DNA of 64,000 bases from Acidobacteriota bacterium (lineage in GTDB: Bacteria; Acidobacteriota; Thermoanaerobaculia; UBA5066; Gp7-AA6): positions 22,990-86,989 of the forward strand of contig JBDTOO010000005.1 of NCBI GenBank assembly GCA_039933215.1. Direction: 5' to 3'. Shown piece by piece: positions 35,618 to 45,535 of this stretch. Each line of letters begins with the position of its first letter. Positions within the stretch are counted from its first letter, which is position 1. The translations under genes were made by a program, and so were the position numbers. The notes beneath the pieces were generated by a model. It was not told the origin of the DNA, searched no databases, and was given only the letters and a program-made list of their open reading frames with translations.

Positions 35618-37509
35618 TCGCCCGGCTTCGCCCAGAAGATGTTGGGCACGAACGTCTGCGGGTTGCGGTCGTAGAGCGGAAACCAGCTCGACTGGACCTG
35701 GACCAACATCCGGTGGCCCGGCAGGAAGACGTGGTTCGCCGTCGGGAGCTGGAACCGGTAGAGCAGGGGCTCACCCGCGGCGAGCGGCTTCGCCGTTTCG
35801 AGGCTCTCGCGGTACCGCCCGCGGAAAATGTCCGCCGACACCATCAGCTGGTAGCCGCCCATCGCGGGCTCGTCCGCGACCTCGTCCGGATAGAGGTCGA
35901 TGACCTTGACGACCCAGTCCGAGTCGGTCCCGCTGGTCGACGCCACGAGGTTCGCGACCGGCTGGCCGCTGATCTTCACGGGCGATGTGAGGACGTCCGA
36001 CACGAAGACGAGGACGTCCGGCCGTCCGGAGGCCTCGCGCTGGTCGTCGACGAGCCATCGCGCCCAGGCGTCGCCCGACGCGTCCACCGGACGCGCCCGG
36101 TAGGGGACGGGCTTGGCGGGATCGGACACGTATTCGTCGAACTCGGGGGCGCCCGGGTCGGCGGCGGCCGTGAACGAGAGCTTCGAGCCCGCGGCGAGAA
36201 AGAGAGGCGTCGGGCGGACGGCGCAGTCCGCGGCCGCCGCGCATCCCGACGGCCACGACGAGAGGCGCCGCCACGCGTTCGTGCCCGTCTCGAAGGCGGT
36301 GACCGGCGCCACGTCCATCTTCGGTGCGCCGTCCTTGAGGAAGTGATCGAGAAACGGCCGCAGGACCTCGCGCCGGAAAGTCAGCGCCGTGTCGCTGCGA
36401 AAGCGGATCGCGCCGAGGCTGCTCCCGTCGTGGATCTCCTGGCCATGGTGCCACGGGCCGAGGACCAAAAAGACTCTGTCGTTGCCGGTGTCCTTCGGCT
36501 CGATCGCCTTGTAGACGGCGATGGCTCCGTAGATGTCCTCCTGGTCCCACAGGCTGTGGACGAGCAGCACCGGAACCGTCAGCGGAAGCGCCGCCAGCAC
36601 CCTGTCGACCGCCTGCTCGCGCCAGAAGGCGTCGTAGCTCGGATGCGCGAGGATCTTCCGCCAGAAGCCCACCTGCTCGAGCCCGTGCCGCCGGCCGAGA
36701 TCTCCGGCGGAGCCCGCCTGGAGGAACCCGTCGTAGTCGTCGTAGTGGGTGCGCCACCATTTCTCGTCGTTCTTGCGGGTCGCCTCCTGCTCCCAGATGT
36801 AGCTCATGCCCTGCGCGCGGAAGGCGCCGTTGTGGAACCAGTCGTCGCCCATCCAGCCGTCCACCATCGGGTTCATCGGGACGCTGACCTTCAGAGCGGG
36901 ATGCGGATGGACGAGCGCCATCAGAGGGAGAAACCCGTCGTAGGAGATCCCGAGGATGCCCACCCGGCCGTTGCTCTCCGGCACGTTCTTCACCAGCCAG
37001 TCGATCGTGTCCCACGTGTCGGTCGCGTGGTCGACGGGCGTCGGGTTCTGCGGTCCGCGCAGCGGGCGGTTCATCACGTAGTCGCCCTCGGAGCCGTGCT
37101 TGCCGCGGATGTCCTGCACGACGCGGATGTAGCCGCCCTCGACGATCACGTCGGTGGCGTTGTCGTAGCCGTTCAAGTTCGGGCCCAGGTGAGAGCTGTG
37201 CGCGCGGCTCGTCATGTCCGACGCGTCGTAGGGCGTCCGGGTCAAGAGGATCGGCGCGCCCTTCGCGCCCGCGGGCACGAGGATGACGGTGTGCAGCTTG
37301 ACGCCGTCGCGCATCGGGATCATCACGTCGCGCCGGACGTAGTCGAAGCCCGGAGTCGGTGTCTCGAGCTTTACCGGCGTCTCGCTCGGAAGGGCGGGGT
37401 AGGAGGCCGGCGGTTTCGCCGTCTTCTGCGCGGCGGCGGGAGCGGCGAGGGTCAGGGCGGCCGTGAAGGCGGCGAGTGCGGCCCGCCGCGAGTAAAGGGT
37501 CTCTCTCAT
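35539..37509 (-). CDS. CocE/NonD family hydrolase (X-Pro dipeptidyl-peptidase, S15), Tat/Sec-secreted
   Basis: Start at MRETLYSRRAALAAFTAALTLAAPAAAQ, with GAGGAGG RBS. GISYDG nucleophile motif. C-terminal beta-sandwich ending ...FIELPLVGK. Confidence 0.85.
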   Translation of the reverse strand: MRETLYSRRAALAAFTAALTLAAPAAAQKTAKPPASYPALPSETPVKLETPTPGFDYVRRDVMIPMRDGVKLHTVILVPAGAKGAPILLTRTPYDASDMTSRAHSSHLGPNLNGYDNATDVIVEGGYIRVVQDIRGKHGSEGDYVMNRPLRGPQNPTPVDHATDTWDTIDWLVKNVPESNGRVGILGISYDGFLPLMALVHPHPALKVSVPMNPMVDGWMGDDWFHNGAFRAQGMSYIWEQEATRKNDEKWWRTHYDDYDGFLQAGSAGDLGRRHGLEQVGFWRKILAHPSYDAFWREQAVDRVLAALPLTVPVLLVHSLWDQEDIYGAIAVYKAIEPKDTGNDRVFLVLGPWHHGQEIHDGSSLGAIRFRSDTALTFRREVLRPFLDHFLKDGAPKMDVAPVTAFETGTNAWRRLSSWPSGCAAAADCAVRPTPLFLAAGSKLSFTAAADPGAPEFDEYVSDPAKPVPYRARPVDASGDAWARWLVDDQREASGRPDVLVFVSDVLTSPVKISGQPVANLVASTSGTDSDWVVKVIDLYPDEVADEPAMGGYQLMVSADIFRGRYRESLETAKPLAAGEPLLYRFQLPTANHVFLPGHRMLVQVQSSWFPLYDRNPQTFVPNIFWAKPGDYRKAVQRVYHSPAHASFIELPLVGK

Positions 37510-37639
37510 GGATGCCTCCTCGAAGTGGAAAGGAGAATCTCCGGCGGAATCGGGTGCGGGAAGCATAGCAAGCGGCCGCGCTTCCCCCGCGAAGCCGGCG
37601 CTCCCGCGTCGGGGCTCCCCCGCGATAGGCTCTCGCGCG

Positions 37640-38557
37640 ATGCCCGATCAGATCGTCGTCCGAGGGCTGCGCAAGCAGTTTCCGAAAGTCCTGGCGGTCG
37701 CGGGCGTCGATCTGAACGTCGCCGCGGGCGAGGTCTTCGGGCTCCTCGGACCGAACGGCGCGGGCAAGACGACCACCCTCGAGATGATCGAGGGGCTGAC
37801 GCCGCCGGACGCGGGAGAGATCACGATCTGCGGCCTGCACTGGCGGGAAAGCCCCCAGGAGATCCGCGCGCGCATCGGCGTGCAGCTCCAGGCCACGAGC
37901 CTCTACAACAAGATCACGCCGCGGGAGGCCCTGGAGCTCTTCGGCGGCTACTACCCGAAGCGGCGGGGAACCGACGAGCTCTTAGAGCTCGTCCAGCTGA
38001 AGGACAAGGCGGACGCGTACCACGTCACGCTCTCGGGTGGTCAGGCCCAGAGGCTCGCGCTGGCTCTCGCGCTCGTCAATGATCCCGAGGTGGTCTTCTT
38101 GGACGAGCCCACGGCGGGCCTGGACCCGCAGGGCCGCCGCTCTCTCTGGGAAGTCGTGCGCGCCATGAAGGCCGAGGGACGCACGACGATGCTGACCACG
38201 CACTACATGGACGAGGCCGAAGCCCTCTGCGATCGCCTGGCGATCCTCGACCACGGGCAGATCCTGCGCTCCGGCACGCCGGCCGAGCTCATCGCGGGCC
38301 TCGGCATCCCGAGCGTCGTGGAGCTGACGTTCGAGGGCACGGCGCCCGATCCGTCCGCGTTCGCGGCGCGCCTCGACCGCGCGGTCGAAGCCCGCGGGGA
38401 CATCTGGGAGATTCCCACGCCGGATCCCAAGGCCCTCCTGCCGCGCCTCTTCGCGACGATCGAGAGCGAGCGCCTCGAGTACAACCAGGTGCACGTGCGG
38501 CGGGCGACCCTCGAAGACGTCTTCCTGCAGCTGACCGGCCGGAGGCTGCGCGAATGA
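37640..38557 (+). CDS. ABC transporter ATP-binding protein (ABC-2 exporter type)
   Basis: Walker A GPNGAGKTT, signature LSGGQAQRLALA, Walker B VVFLDEPTAGLD. Confidence 0.9.
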   Translation: MPDQIVVRGLRKQFPKVLAVAGVDLNVAAGEVFGLLGPNGAGKTTTLEMIEGLTPPDAGEITICGLHWRESPQEIRARIGVQLQATSLYNKITPREALELFGGYYPKRRGTDELLELVQLKDKADAYHVTLSGGQAQRLALALALVNDPEVVFLDEPTAGLDPQGRRSLWEVVRAMKAEGRTTMLTTHYMDEAEALCDRLAILDHGQILRSGTPAELIAGLGIPSVVELTFEGTAPDPSAFAARLDRAVEARGDIWEIPTPDPKALLPRLFATIESERLEYNQVHVRRATLEDVFLQLTGRRLRE

Positions 38558-39651
38558 GCGAGAACCATCCGATGGATCACCCGAATCCTTTTTGGCTGCT
38601 CTGGCGGCAGTTCCGCAGCGAGTGGCGCCTCTACGCGCGCGACCGCGGCGCGATGTTCTGGACGTTCCTCTTTCCGCTCCTGATGCTCTTCGGCTTCGGC
38701 GTGATCTTCCGGTCCGGCGGCCAGCCCTCGCTGACGCTCGTGCGCGTCGCCCCCGCGCAGGAGTCCCCGCGCGACAAGGCACTGCTCCGCGCGCTCGAGG
38801 AATCGCACCTGAAGGTCCTGACGCTCCCCGCAAAAGACGCGGAGGCGCGCTGGGCACGCGGCGAGACGACCGCGCAGCTCGAAAGCGACGGCGCCGGATA
38901 CCGGCTGCGGCTGAACAGCTACCTGATCGCCCAGGGCCAGCTCGCCGCGCAGGCAGCGAGCCAGGCGTTTCTCACGGCGCAGGCGCGGCTGAACGGGTCC
39001 CCGGAGCCAGAGCGCATCCCCGTCACGGTCGAGAGCCCCGGTCACGCGCACTCCGACAGCTACGCGGCGTTTCTCGTTCCGGGTTTGATCGGCCTGAATC
39101 TCCTGAGCATGGGGCTCTTCGCCGTCGGGATGGTGACCGTCGCCTACCGCGAGAAGGGCAAGTTCCGGAGGCTCGCGGTGACGCCGCTTCCGAAGTGGGT
39201 GTTTCTGCTCGCGCAGATCCTCCAGCGGGTGACGGTCGTCATGCTGCAGACGGCTCTACTGCTCGTCGCCGCCTGGCTCGGATTCCACATCGTCAACCAG
39301 GGTTCGTATCTCCTCTTCACGGCGATGATCGTCCTCGGAACTGCGACATTCCTCGCCATGGGCTTTGCTTTGTCGAGCTTCGCTTCCACGGTGGAAACCT
39401 ACGGCGCGATCTCGAACCTGGTGTTCTTTCCGATGATGCTCCTCTCGGGCGTCTACTTCCGCCTGGACAACGCGCCCGTGTGGATGCAGAAGGCCGTTTC
39501 GATCCTGCCGCTCTCGCCGTACCTGCGCGTCCTCCGCGGCATCTTCAACGACGGCTCGACGCTCGCGGGCCACACCGTGGGCCTGACCATCCTGGGAGTG
39601 TGGGCGGTCCTCTCCTTCATCCTCGCGGTCAAACGGTTTCGCTGGGTCTAG
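38554..39651 (+). CDS. ABC-2 family transporter permease
   Basis: ATGA overlap with the ATPase gene. Six TM segments in the C-terminal half. Confidence 0.85.
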   Translation: MSENHPMDHPNPFWLLWRQFRSEWRLYARDRGAMFWTFLFPLLMLFGFGVIFRSGGQPSLTLVRVAPAQESPRDKALLRALEESHLKVLTLPAKDAEARWARGETTAQLESDGAGYRLRLNSYLIAQGQLAAQAASQAFLTAQARLNGSPEPERIPVTVESPGHAHSDSYAAFLVPGLIGLNLLSMGLFAVGMVTVAYREKGKFRRLAVTPLPKWVFLLAQILQRVTVVMLQTALLLVAAWLGFHIVNQGSYLLFTAMIVLGTATFLAMGFALSSFASTVETYGAISNLVFFPMMLLSGVYFRLDNAPVWMQKAVSILPLSPYLRVLRGIFNDGSTLAGHTVGLTILGVWAVLSFILAVKRFRWV

Positions 39652-40379
39652 GCGTCCGCCCCTCGATATCCCGTTCTCTCGGACGAGCCGCGCGGGGCCG
39701 GGCGCGCTCCCTGCGGAGACACGGCGCGACGGGCGGGGCGGGAGACGGGAGGTGGCAGTCGCGCCTCCGCGAAATCGGCGCTGGAGCAGCGTGGCTTTTC
39801 GCCGGGTTGGTGTGCGCCGATTTCGAGGGTCTCCTCCGGGAGCGCACCCGACCCCGGGCTCCTATTCGGGCTTGAGTCTCCCGTCGCCGTCGCCGTTGGC
39901 TGCGGCACCCTCCGACTGCTTCTCCCGAGCGATATGCGCGTCCAGCCGCCGGGACCTGACCTGCGCCGAGCCCAAACATCTGGCCTTTCAGTCGGTCGCG
40001 GTAGCCAGCGGTGGTTCGCGCCCCGGGGGATGCCCCGGCTCGTCAGAGGAACCGCCGGCGCAGCGAGTTCCGACCAGGAGTGATCGCCCTTCCGAACAAG
40101 GGATCGACGGAGTAAATGACGGGTTGGTATACGGACGATCCCGTAGTCAATGGACCGGATTCCCAGCGAACCTCTTGGGGCGCTGGAGTGGGTGGGGTGA
40201 GGAATCAAAAGGCGTTAGTGTGGCCTAGCGGGGTCAGGCAGAAATCCTAATTTCCAACTCTTACTTCTGCGGTGACAGAGCGCTCCACACGCACCCAAGC
40301 CCTCTCCCAGCCCGGAGATTGGTTGATTCCGGCGAACTCATCCAGCCGTAGCGGTCGGGGCGCGACCGCGCATGCGACG

Positions 40380-42200
40380 TTAAAAACCTGGCGGCCGTTT
40401 TGCGGCGACGCCGAACGCGCGCTCCAGCGCGAGGCCGGCGCGGCCGATCGTTCCCTCGTCGAAGAGGCGCCCGACGAGCGTGACCCCGTGCGGCACGCGG
40501 CGCCCGGGATTCAAGACCGGCATCGGGTGCGCCGGGTCGGGGGCCCAGTCGCTGCGGGCCTGGCCGACCTCGACGAACCCCGCGGGCAGCGTCAACGACG
40601 GATGGCCGGTGAAGTTCGTGATCGTCAGGATCTCGTCACGCAGCGACGGGACGAGGAGCATGTCTACGCTCCGGAAGACGCGCACCATCTCGAGGGCGAC
40701 TTTCCGGCGAAGACGGTCGGCCTGCACGTAGTCGACCGCGGAGAGGAAGCGCGCCTGACGGAACGTGTTCGGCCACGCGTCCGGCACCTGCATGCGGAGC
40801 GCGTCGAGTCCGTGGGACAGCGTCAGGTCCTCGAACGCGGCGGCGGCTTCGGCTAAGAGGATCAGGTTCAGCGACCCGTAGGGCCAGTCGGGGAGCGAGA
40901 CCTCGACGGGAACCATCCCGAGGCGCCGGACGGTCTCGAGCGCGGCGCGGTCGACCTCGGTCGCCGGGCTCTCCGCCATCCAGGCGGGGAAGTAGCCGAC
41001 ACGCAGCCCCTTCACGCCGGCGCCCGCGTCGAAGTCGAGGCGGGACGGAACGCTCGAAACGTCCCCGGGGTCGGGACCGGAAATGGCCGCGAGAACGAGG
41101 AACGTGTCTTCGACGCCGCGAGCCATCGGACCCAGCTTGTCCATCGACCAGCAGAGCGTCATGGCGCCGGTTCGCGGGACCCGGCCGAACGTCGGGCGCA
41201 GGCCCGTGACGCCGCACCGCATCGAAGGATCGATGATGCTGCCCTCGGTCTCGCTTCCGATCGCGAAGCCCACGAGCGCCGCCGCCGTCGCCGCGCCCGG
41301 TCCCGCGCTGCTGCCTCCCGACCCTTCCTCGAGAAGCCACGGGTTCATCGTCTGGCCCCCGAACCACACGTCGTTCAACGCGAGCGCGCCGAGCGAGAGC
41401 TTCGCGACGAGTACCGCCCCGGCGCGATGCAGCCGGTCCACCACGGCCGCGTCGGCGGTGGGCACGCGATCGCGATACGGCTCCGCTCCCCAGGTCGTCC
41501 GGATCCCCTTCGTGTCGAGCAGGTCCTTCGTCCCCCAGGGGATGCCATGGAGAGGGCCCCGGTACTTTCCCGCGGCGATCTCGGCGTCCGCGCGGCGCGC
41601 CTGCTCGAGCGCGAGCTCGCGGGTCGGCGTGATGACGCAATGGAGCTTCGGATCGAAGCGGGCCATGCGGTCGAAATAGATCGACGTCAGCCGCTCCGAC
41701 GTGAGCGCCCGTGTCTCGATCCAGCGCGAGAGAGCGGTGACCGGCGCGAACGCGATGTCCTCGTCCCGCCGCGGTAGAGGCAGAGGCGGCGCGGCCGCCG
41801 CGCTCCGGACGAATCGGTTGCCGGCGGGCGCGCTCTCCGTGCCCGGGATCATCGGGTCCCATCGAGACGCCGGAGCCACGGAGTCTTCGATCGCGACGCG
41901 TCGCGGTCCGGCTCGCCGCTCCATGACGCCGGCCATGGAGCGGCTCCAGTTGCCCGCGGCCAGGGATCGGTCCGCCGGCGTCATCTCGATCCGCATGAGC
42001 TTGCCGGCCTCGACGAACGTGGCGGTGGTGACCTCGGGCCCGACGGGTGGCGCCGTCCCGAAGGCGGGAGGCGTCCCCGCGGCGGGCGCCGGCGTGGGAT
42101 GGGGCGGCGCGGTCTGCCCCTGTAACGCCGCGCGCCCCGCGGCGGCTCCGACGACCCCTGCGGCGGTGCGGGCCAGAAACTTTCGGCGGGATTCGGTCAT
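40380..42200 (-). CDS. Amidase-signature family amidase with Tat signal
   Basis: Start at MTESRRKFLARTAAGVVGAAAG. GGSSAGPGAATAA is the amidase signature (GGSS[GS]G). The longer track ORF upstream is not coding. Confidence 0.85.
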   Translation of the reverse strand: MTESRRKFLARTAAGVVGAAAGRAALQGQTAPPHPTPAPAAGTPPAFGTAPPVGPEVTTATFVEAGKLMRIEMTPADRSLAAGNWSRSMAGVMERRAGPRRVAIEDSVAPASRWDPMIPGTESAPAGNRFVRSAAAAPPLPLPRRDEDIAFAPVTALSRWIETRALTSERLTSIYFDRMARFDPKLHCVITPTRELALEQARRADAEIAAGKYRGPLHGIPWGTKDLLDTKGIRTTWGAEPYRDRVPTADAAVVDRLHRAGAVLVAKLSLGALALNDVWFGGQTMNPWLLEEGSGGSSAGPGAATAAALVGFAIGSETEGSIIDPSMRCGVTGLRPTFGRVPRTGAMTLCWSMDKLGPMARGVEDTFLVLAAISGPDPGDVSSVPSRLDFDAGAGVKGLRVGYFPAWMAESPATEVDRAALETVRRLGMVPVEVSLPDWPYGSLNLILLAEAAAAFEDLTLSHGLDALRMQVPDAWPNTFRQARFLSAVDYVQADRLRRKVALEMVRVFRSVDMLLVPSLRDEILTITNFTGHPSLTLPAGFVEVGQARSDWAPDPAHPMPVLNPGRRVPHGVTLVGRLFDEGTIGRAGLALERAFGVAAKRPPGF

Positions 42201-42393
42201 GGCGGTCCTCCGTGCTGCCGGGAATCCTAAGCCGGGCGGCCGAGGCGTTCGCTTCGCGAACGGCGGCCGCGAGAGCGCTCCGCTTGGAAAGTGAGGGCAC
42301 GAAGACGTTATCCGGCCCCTTTCGCTCGGGAATAGCGATTTTCTAGGTGGGAGGACCGCGGCAATGGTAGTTTCTGGCGCAAATCGGAGGTCC

Positions 42394-43293
42394 ATGGTGC
42401 GATTACCACGTCGTCCTCCCCTCGTCGTTTCCTCTTTTCTGCTCGCGGCCGGCTTCGGGGCGGCGGCGCTTGCCCAGGACGTCAAGGTCGCCGCCGGCAC
42501 CGTCGAAGACCAGCGGGCCTCGGATGCCCGGATGGGCGGCGTCACGGTCGAGCTCGCGCTCTCCGGCAGCTCGCTTCCGGAGGTCAAGGCGCTGCGCGTC
42601 CGGTTGAAGTCCGCCAAGGACGACCTCGGAGCGTCGCTCCTGCCGCCGGTGTCGGAGGGCAAGGTCGCCGAGTTCGAGGAGTTCTCGACGGACCGCCATC
42701 CGGGTCCGCACTTCTCGCTCGGGAGCCCCGCTCGCGACGCGACGAAGATCACGGTCTCCGGAGATCTCGAGCTCTTCATGCCGTCGCGCGACCCGGCCAC
42801 GAAGCAGAAGTTCGAGAAGATCCTCTCGCGCCTGGACAAGCCGCTCGCGAGCCCGGTGCTCAAGGCGGCGAAGGTCGAGATCACGCCCCTTTCGCCCGCG
42901 GCCTACAACGCGCGCGAGAAGGCGAGCCGCCCGACCAGGGAACAGATGATGGCCGAGGGGAAGAAGCACGGGGCGAGCGAAGAGGAGATCCAGGCCGCGA
43001 TCAAGATGATGGACGCCATCTCCGCCATCCAGGGCGACGCACCCGACGAGAAGACGGTCCTCGTGGCGACGAAGGACCCCGACGGCAAGATCATCTCGGT
43101 CGATCTCGTCGCCGCCGACGGCAGCGAGCTGCACGCCCCGAGCCGTGGAACGACCGGAGGAAACGAGGACAAGCTCATCCGCATCGACTTTTCCGAGAAG
43201 CCCCCCGCGGACGCCACGCTTCTCGTGACGCTGCGCACCGCGAAGTCGATCCTGACGATCCCGATCAACATGAAGGAGGTCGCGCTCCCGTGA
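42394..43293 (+). CDS. Hypothetical secreted protein, paralog A of a tandem pair
   Basis: GGAGG RBS. Signal peptide MVRLPRRPPLVVSSFLLAAGFGAAALAQ. C-terminus LLVTLRTAKSILTIPINMKEVALP parallels that of the next gene. Confidence 0.6.
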   Translation: MVRLPRRPPLVVSSFLLAAGFGAAALAQDVKVAAGTVEDQRASDARMGGVTVELALSGSSLPEVKALRVRLKSAKDDLGASLLPPVSEGKVAEFEEFSTDRHPGPHFSLGSPARDATKITVSGDLELFMPSRDPATKQKFEKILSRLDKPLASPVLKAAKVEITPLSPAAYNAREKASRPTREQMMAEGKKHGASEEEIQAAIKMMDAISAIQGDAPDEKTVLVATKDPDGKIISVDLVAADGSELHAPSRGTTGGNEDKLIRIDFSEKPPADATLLVTLRTAKSILTIPINMKEVALP

Positions 43294-44237
43294 AAAACAG
43301 ATCCTTCCGGGCGCTCTCTCTTCTGCTGTCCCTGTCCCTCGCCGCGTCCGCTTTCGCCGACCCGGCCGCGCCGAAGTCCGCGCCGAAGTCCGCCGCGGCC
43401 GCCGCCGGCCCCCGGTTGGAGGTCGGCGTGGAGTCTCTTCTCGACCGCCGGTCTACGGGCACGTTCCCGTCGCCGAGCCTCACGGTGAGCCTGACGCTGC
43501 AGGGCGCCGACGCGGCGTCCGTCATCTCCGTCCGTCCGAAAGTCACGAAGGCGGCGGACGACACGGGGAAGAATCTGATCCTGCCCGAAGGCACCGGGAT
43601 GCAGCGAGGCGCGGACGGCTGGCAGTCGTCCCTCGGCGGCCACGGCGCACCCACGCCCCAGCTCGACCTCGCGAACCCCGCGCGCCAGGCGAAGACCGTC
43701 ACGGCGATCGAAGGGGTCCTCGAGGCGTACATGCCCGCCCGCGATCCCGGAGCGACCGTGAAGATCGACCGGATTCTCGGAAGGAAGGACAAGCCGGCGG
43801 CGGCGATCCCGGGGCTGGCGAGCCAGCGCATCCAGCTCCGCGTTCTCTCGAAAGCCGGGCTCGAGAAGGAGAAGAAGGCCGCCGAGGCGAAGAAGGCGGC
43901 GGCCGAGAAGAAAAAGGGGAAGAAGGAAGGGCTCGAGGGAATGGCCGACGCCCTGACCGAGTCGCTCGTGAGCGCGCTCGGAATGCTCTTCATGACCGCG
44001 GGCGAGAACGACCTCATCCTGCGGGTCGACGACCCGGGCAAGAAGGTCTTTTCCCTCGACCTCGCGTCGCCCGACGGCAAGCCGATCTCCTCCTATGGCT
44101 CCACCGACATGGAGGGGTACCGGATCATGCGGCTGCTCGAGCCCCTGCCGGCCAACGCGACGCTCCAGGTTCGGCTGAAGACGGCGAAGTCCTTCGCCCA
44201 GGTTCCCTTCGCGCTCGCGAACGTGAAGCTTCCGTAG
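43290..44237 (+). CDS. Hypothetical secreted protein, paralog B of a tandem pair (Lys-rich linker)
   Basis: GTGA overlap with the upstream gene. Signal peptide. C-terminus LQVRLKTAKSFAQVPFALANVKLP. Same architecture and length as paralog A. Confidence 0.6.
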   Translation: MKNRSFRALSLLLSLSLAASAFADPAAPKSAPKSAAAAAGPRLEVGVESLLDRRSTGTFPSPSLTVSLTLQGADAASVISVRPKVTKAADDTGKNLILPEGTGMQRGADGWQSSLGGHGAPTPQLDLANPARQAKTVTAIEGVLEAYMPARDPGATVKIDRILGRKDKPAAAIPGLASQRIQLRVLSKAGLEKEKKAAEAKKAAAEKKKGKKEGLEGMADALTESLVSALGMLFMTAGENDLILRVDDPGKKVFSLDLASPDGKPISSYGSTDMEGYRIMRLLEPLPANATLQVRLKTAKSFAQVPFALANVKLP

Positions 44238-44338
44238 ATCCGGGCTTCTTTCCCGGGCCGGACGCCGGCCCGGCCCGGGTGGCCCCGGAGCTCGCGAATA
44301 CCGGCGCGTCCGCCCGGGTTGGGGCTCCCGGACGTGAG

Positions 44339-44983
44339 ATGTCGACCCCGGAACCCCCGCCCTCTCCCCGGATTGCCTCTGCGGCGATCGGCGGCCGGCC
44401 GGTGAGAGATCGTCCGATTCTTCAGGCGGTGCTGATCGCGGCCGCCGCCGGCGTCTGCGCGATCGTTTCGAACGCGGCCGCCGGGCCGCAGCGGCGCGTC
44501 GCGTGGCGCGGGGCCATTTCGCCCCCGGCCGTCCCGAGCCCGGCGCCGGCGTCCGTTTCCGGCGCCTCCGCCGTCCCGGCCGCGCCCGCGGCCTCGCCGG
44601 CGTCGTCCGCATTCGCGCCGCACGCCGACACGGCGTGGGTCGAGATCTCCGGCGCGGACGCGTCGGCGCTCCATGCCCGCGGGGGAGTCCCCTTCCTCGA
44701 CGCGCGCCGGACGGCGGTGTATCGCGACGGGCACATCCCCGGAGCGCGACCGTTCTCCGTCTGGGAGGCGGACGCCGACGAAAAGGTCCGCGCGTTCTTC
44801 GCCGAGGGGCACGAGCCGTCCGCGCCGATCGTCGTCTACTGCAGCGGCGGCGACTGCGAGGACTCGCACATGCTCGCCCAGAAGCTCTACCTCGCGGGCT
44901 TCGACGCCGTCTTCGTCTACAAGGACGGATTTCCGGACTGGCGGAAACGCGGCCTCGGAACGGCGAAGGGCGCGAACCCGTGA
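44339..44983 (+). CDS. Membrane-anchored rhodanese-domain protein (sulfurtransferase-like)
   Basis: One TM segment. Rhodanese active-site loop context VVYCSGGDCEDSHMLAQKLYLAGFDAVFVYKDGFPDW. An in-frame GTG at 44279 is an alternative start. Confidence 0.7.
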   Translation: MSTPEPPPSPRIASAAIGGRPVRDRPILQAVLIAAAAGVCAIVSNAAAGPQRRVAWRGAISPPAVPSPAPASVSGASAVPAAPAASPASSAFAPHADTAWVEISGADASALHARGGVPFLDARRTAVYRDGHIPGARPFSVWEADADEKVRAFFAEGHEPSAPIVVYCSGGDCEDSHMLAQKLYLAGFDAVFVYKDGFPDWRKRGLGTAKGANP

Positions 44984-45456
44984 GGGGCGGATCCTCGAAG
45001 ATCCTCGCGCATCCGTGGCTCTCGATCGCGGTCCGCGTCGCGCTCGGCGGGATCTTCGTCGCCGCCGCGATTCCGAAGATCGCCGACCCTCCTTCGTTCG
45101 CGCACATGATCTACAACTACCGGCTGCTTCCCGGCGGCCTCGTCGGCGCGGCGGCTCTCTGGATGCCCTGGGTGGAGCTCCTCGCGGGACTCGCTCTCGT
45201 CGCGGGCGTGTGGCGGCGCGGAGGAGCGCTCTTAGCCGGCGGGCTCCTCGTGCTCTTCGTCGCGGCGGTCGGAATCAACCTCGCGCGGGGCCACGCGATC
45301 GACTGCGGCTGCTTCGACGTCCGGGACGCCGGCAAGACGGAAGCCGCGCGGTTCGCGGACATGCGTTGGGTTCTCGTGCGCGACGCCGGGATGCTGCTTC
45401 TCGCCGCCCAGGCGTTCTTCCTCGCTCGGCGCGAGCGCAGCCGCCAGAGAATCTAG
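44980..45456 (+). CDS. DoxX/MauE family membrane protein
   Basis: GTGA overlap with the rhodanese gene. Four TM segments. DCGCF motif typical of MauE/DoxX. Confidence 0.7.
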   Translation: MRGGSSKILAHPWLSIAVRVALGGIFVAAAIPKIADPPSFAHMIYNYRLLPGGLVGAAALWMPWVELLAGLALVAGVWRRGGALLAGGLLVLFVAAVGINLARGHAIDCGCFDVRDAGKTEAARFADMRWVLVRDAGMLLLAAQAFFLARRERSRQRI

Positions 45457-45535
45457 AGCGCCGCCGGGGGTCGCGGGCGACCCTGGCGCGCTCCGTGTCA
45501 TGATCGGCGGCATCGTGACGCTCCTTCTTCGCTCC

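Noticed and set aside
34384-38082. 1232-aa plus-strand ORF as a single giant protein
   Set aside because: Only the first about 265 codons are protein-like (YiiX family). The remainder is antisense to the CocE/NonD hydrolase and overlaps the ABC ATPase gene in another frame.
39652-40379. tRNA or tmRNA gene in the long spacer
   Set aside because: No GGTTCGA/GTTCAAATCC-type T-arm, no acceptor-stem complementarity, no CCA-adjacent structure found by eye.
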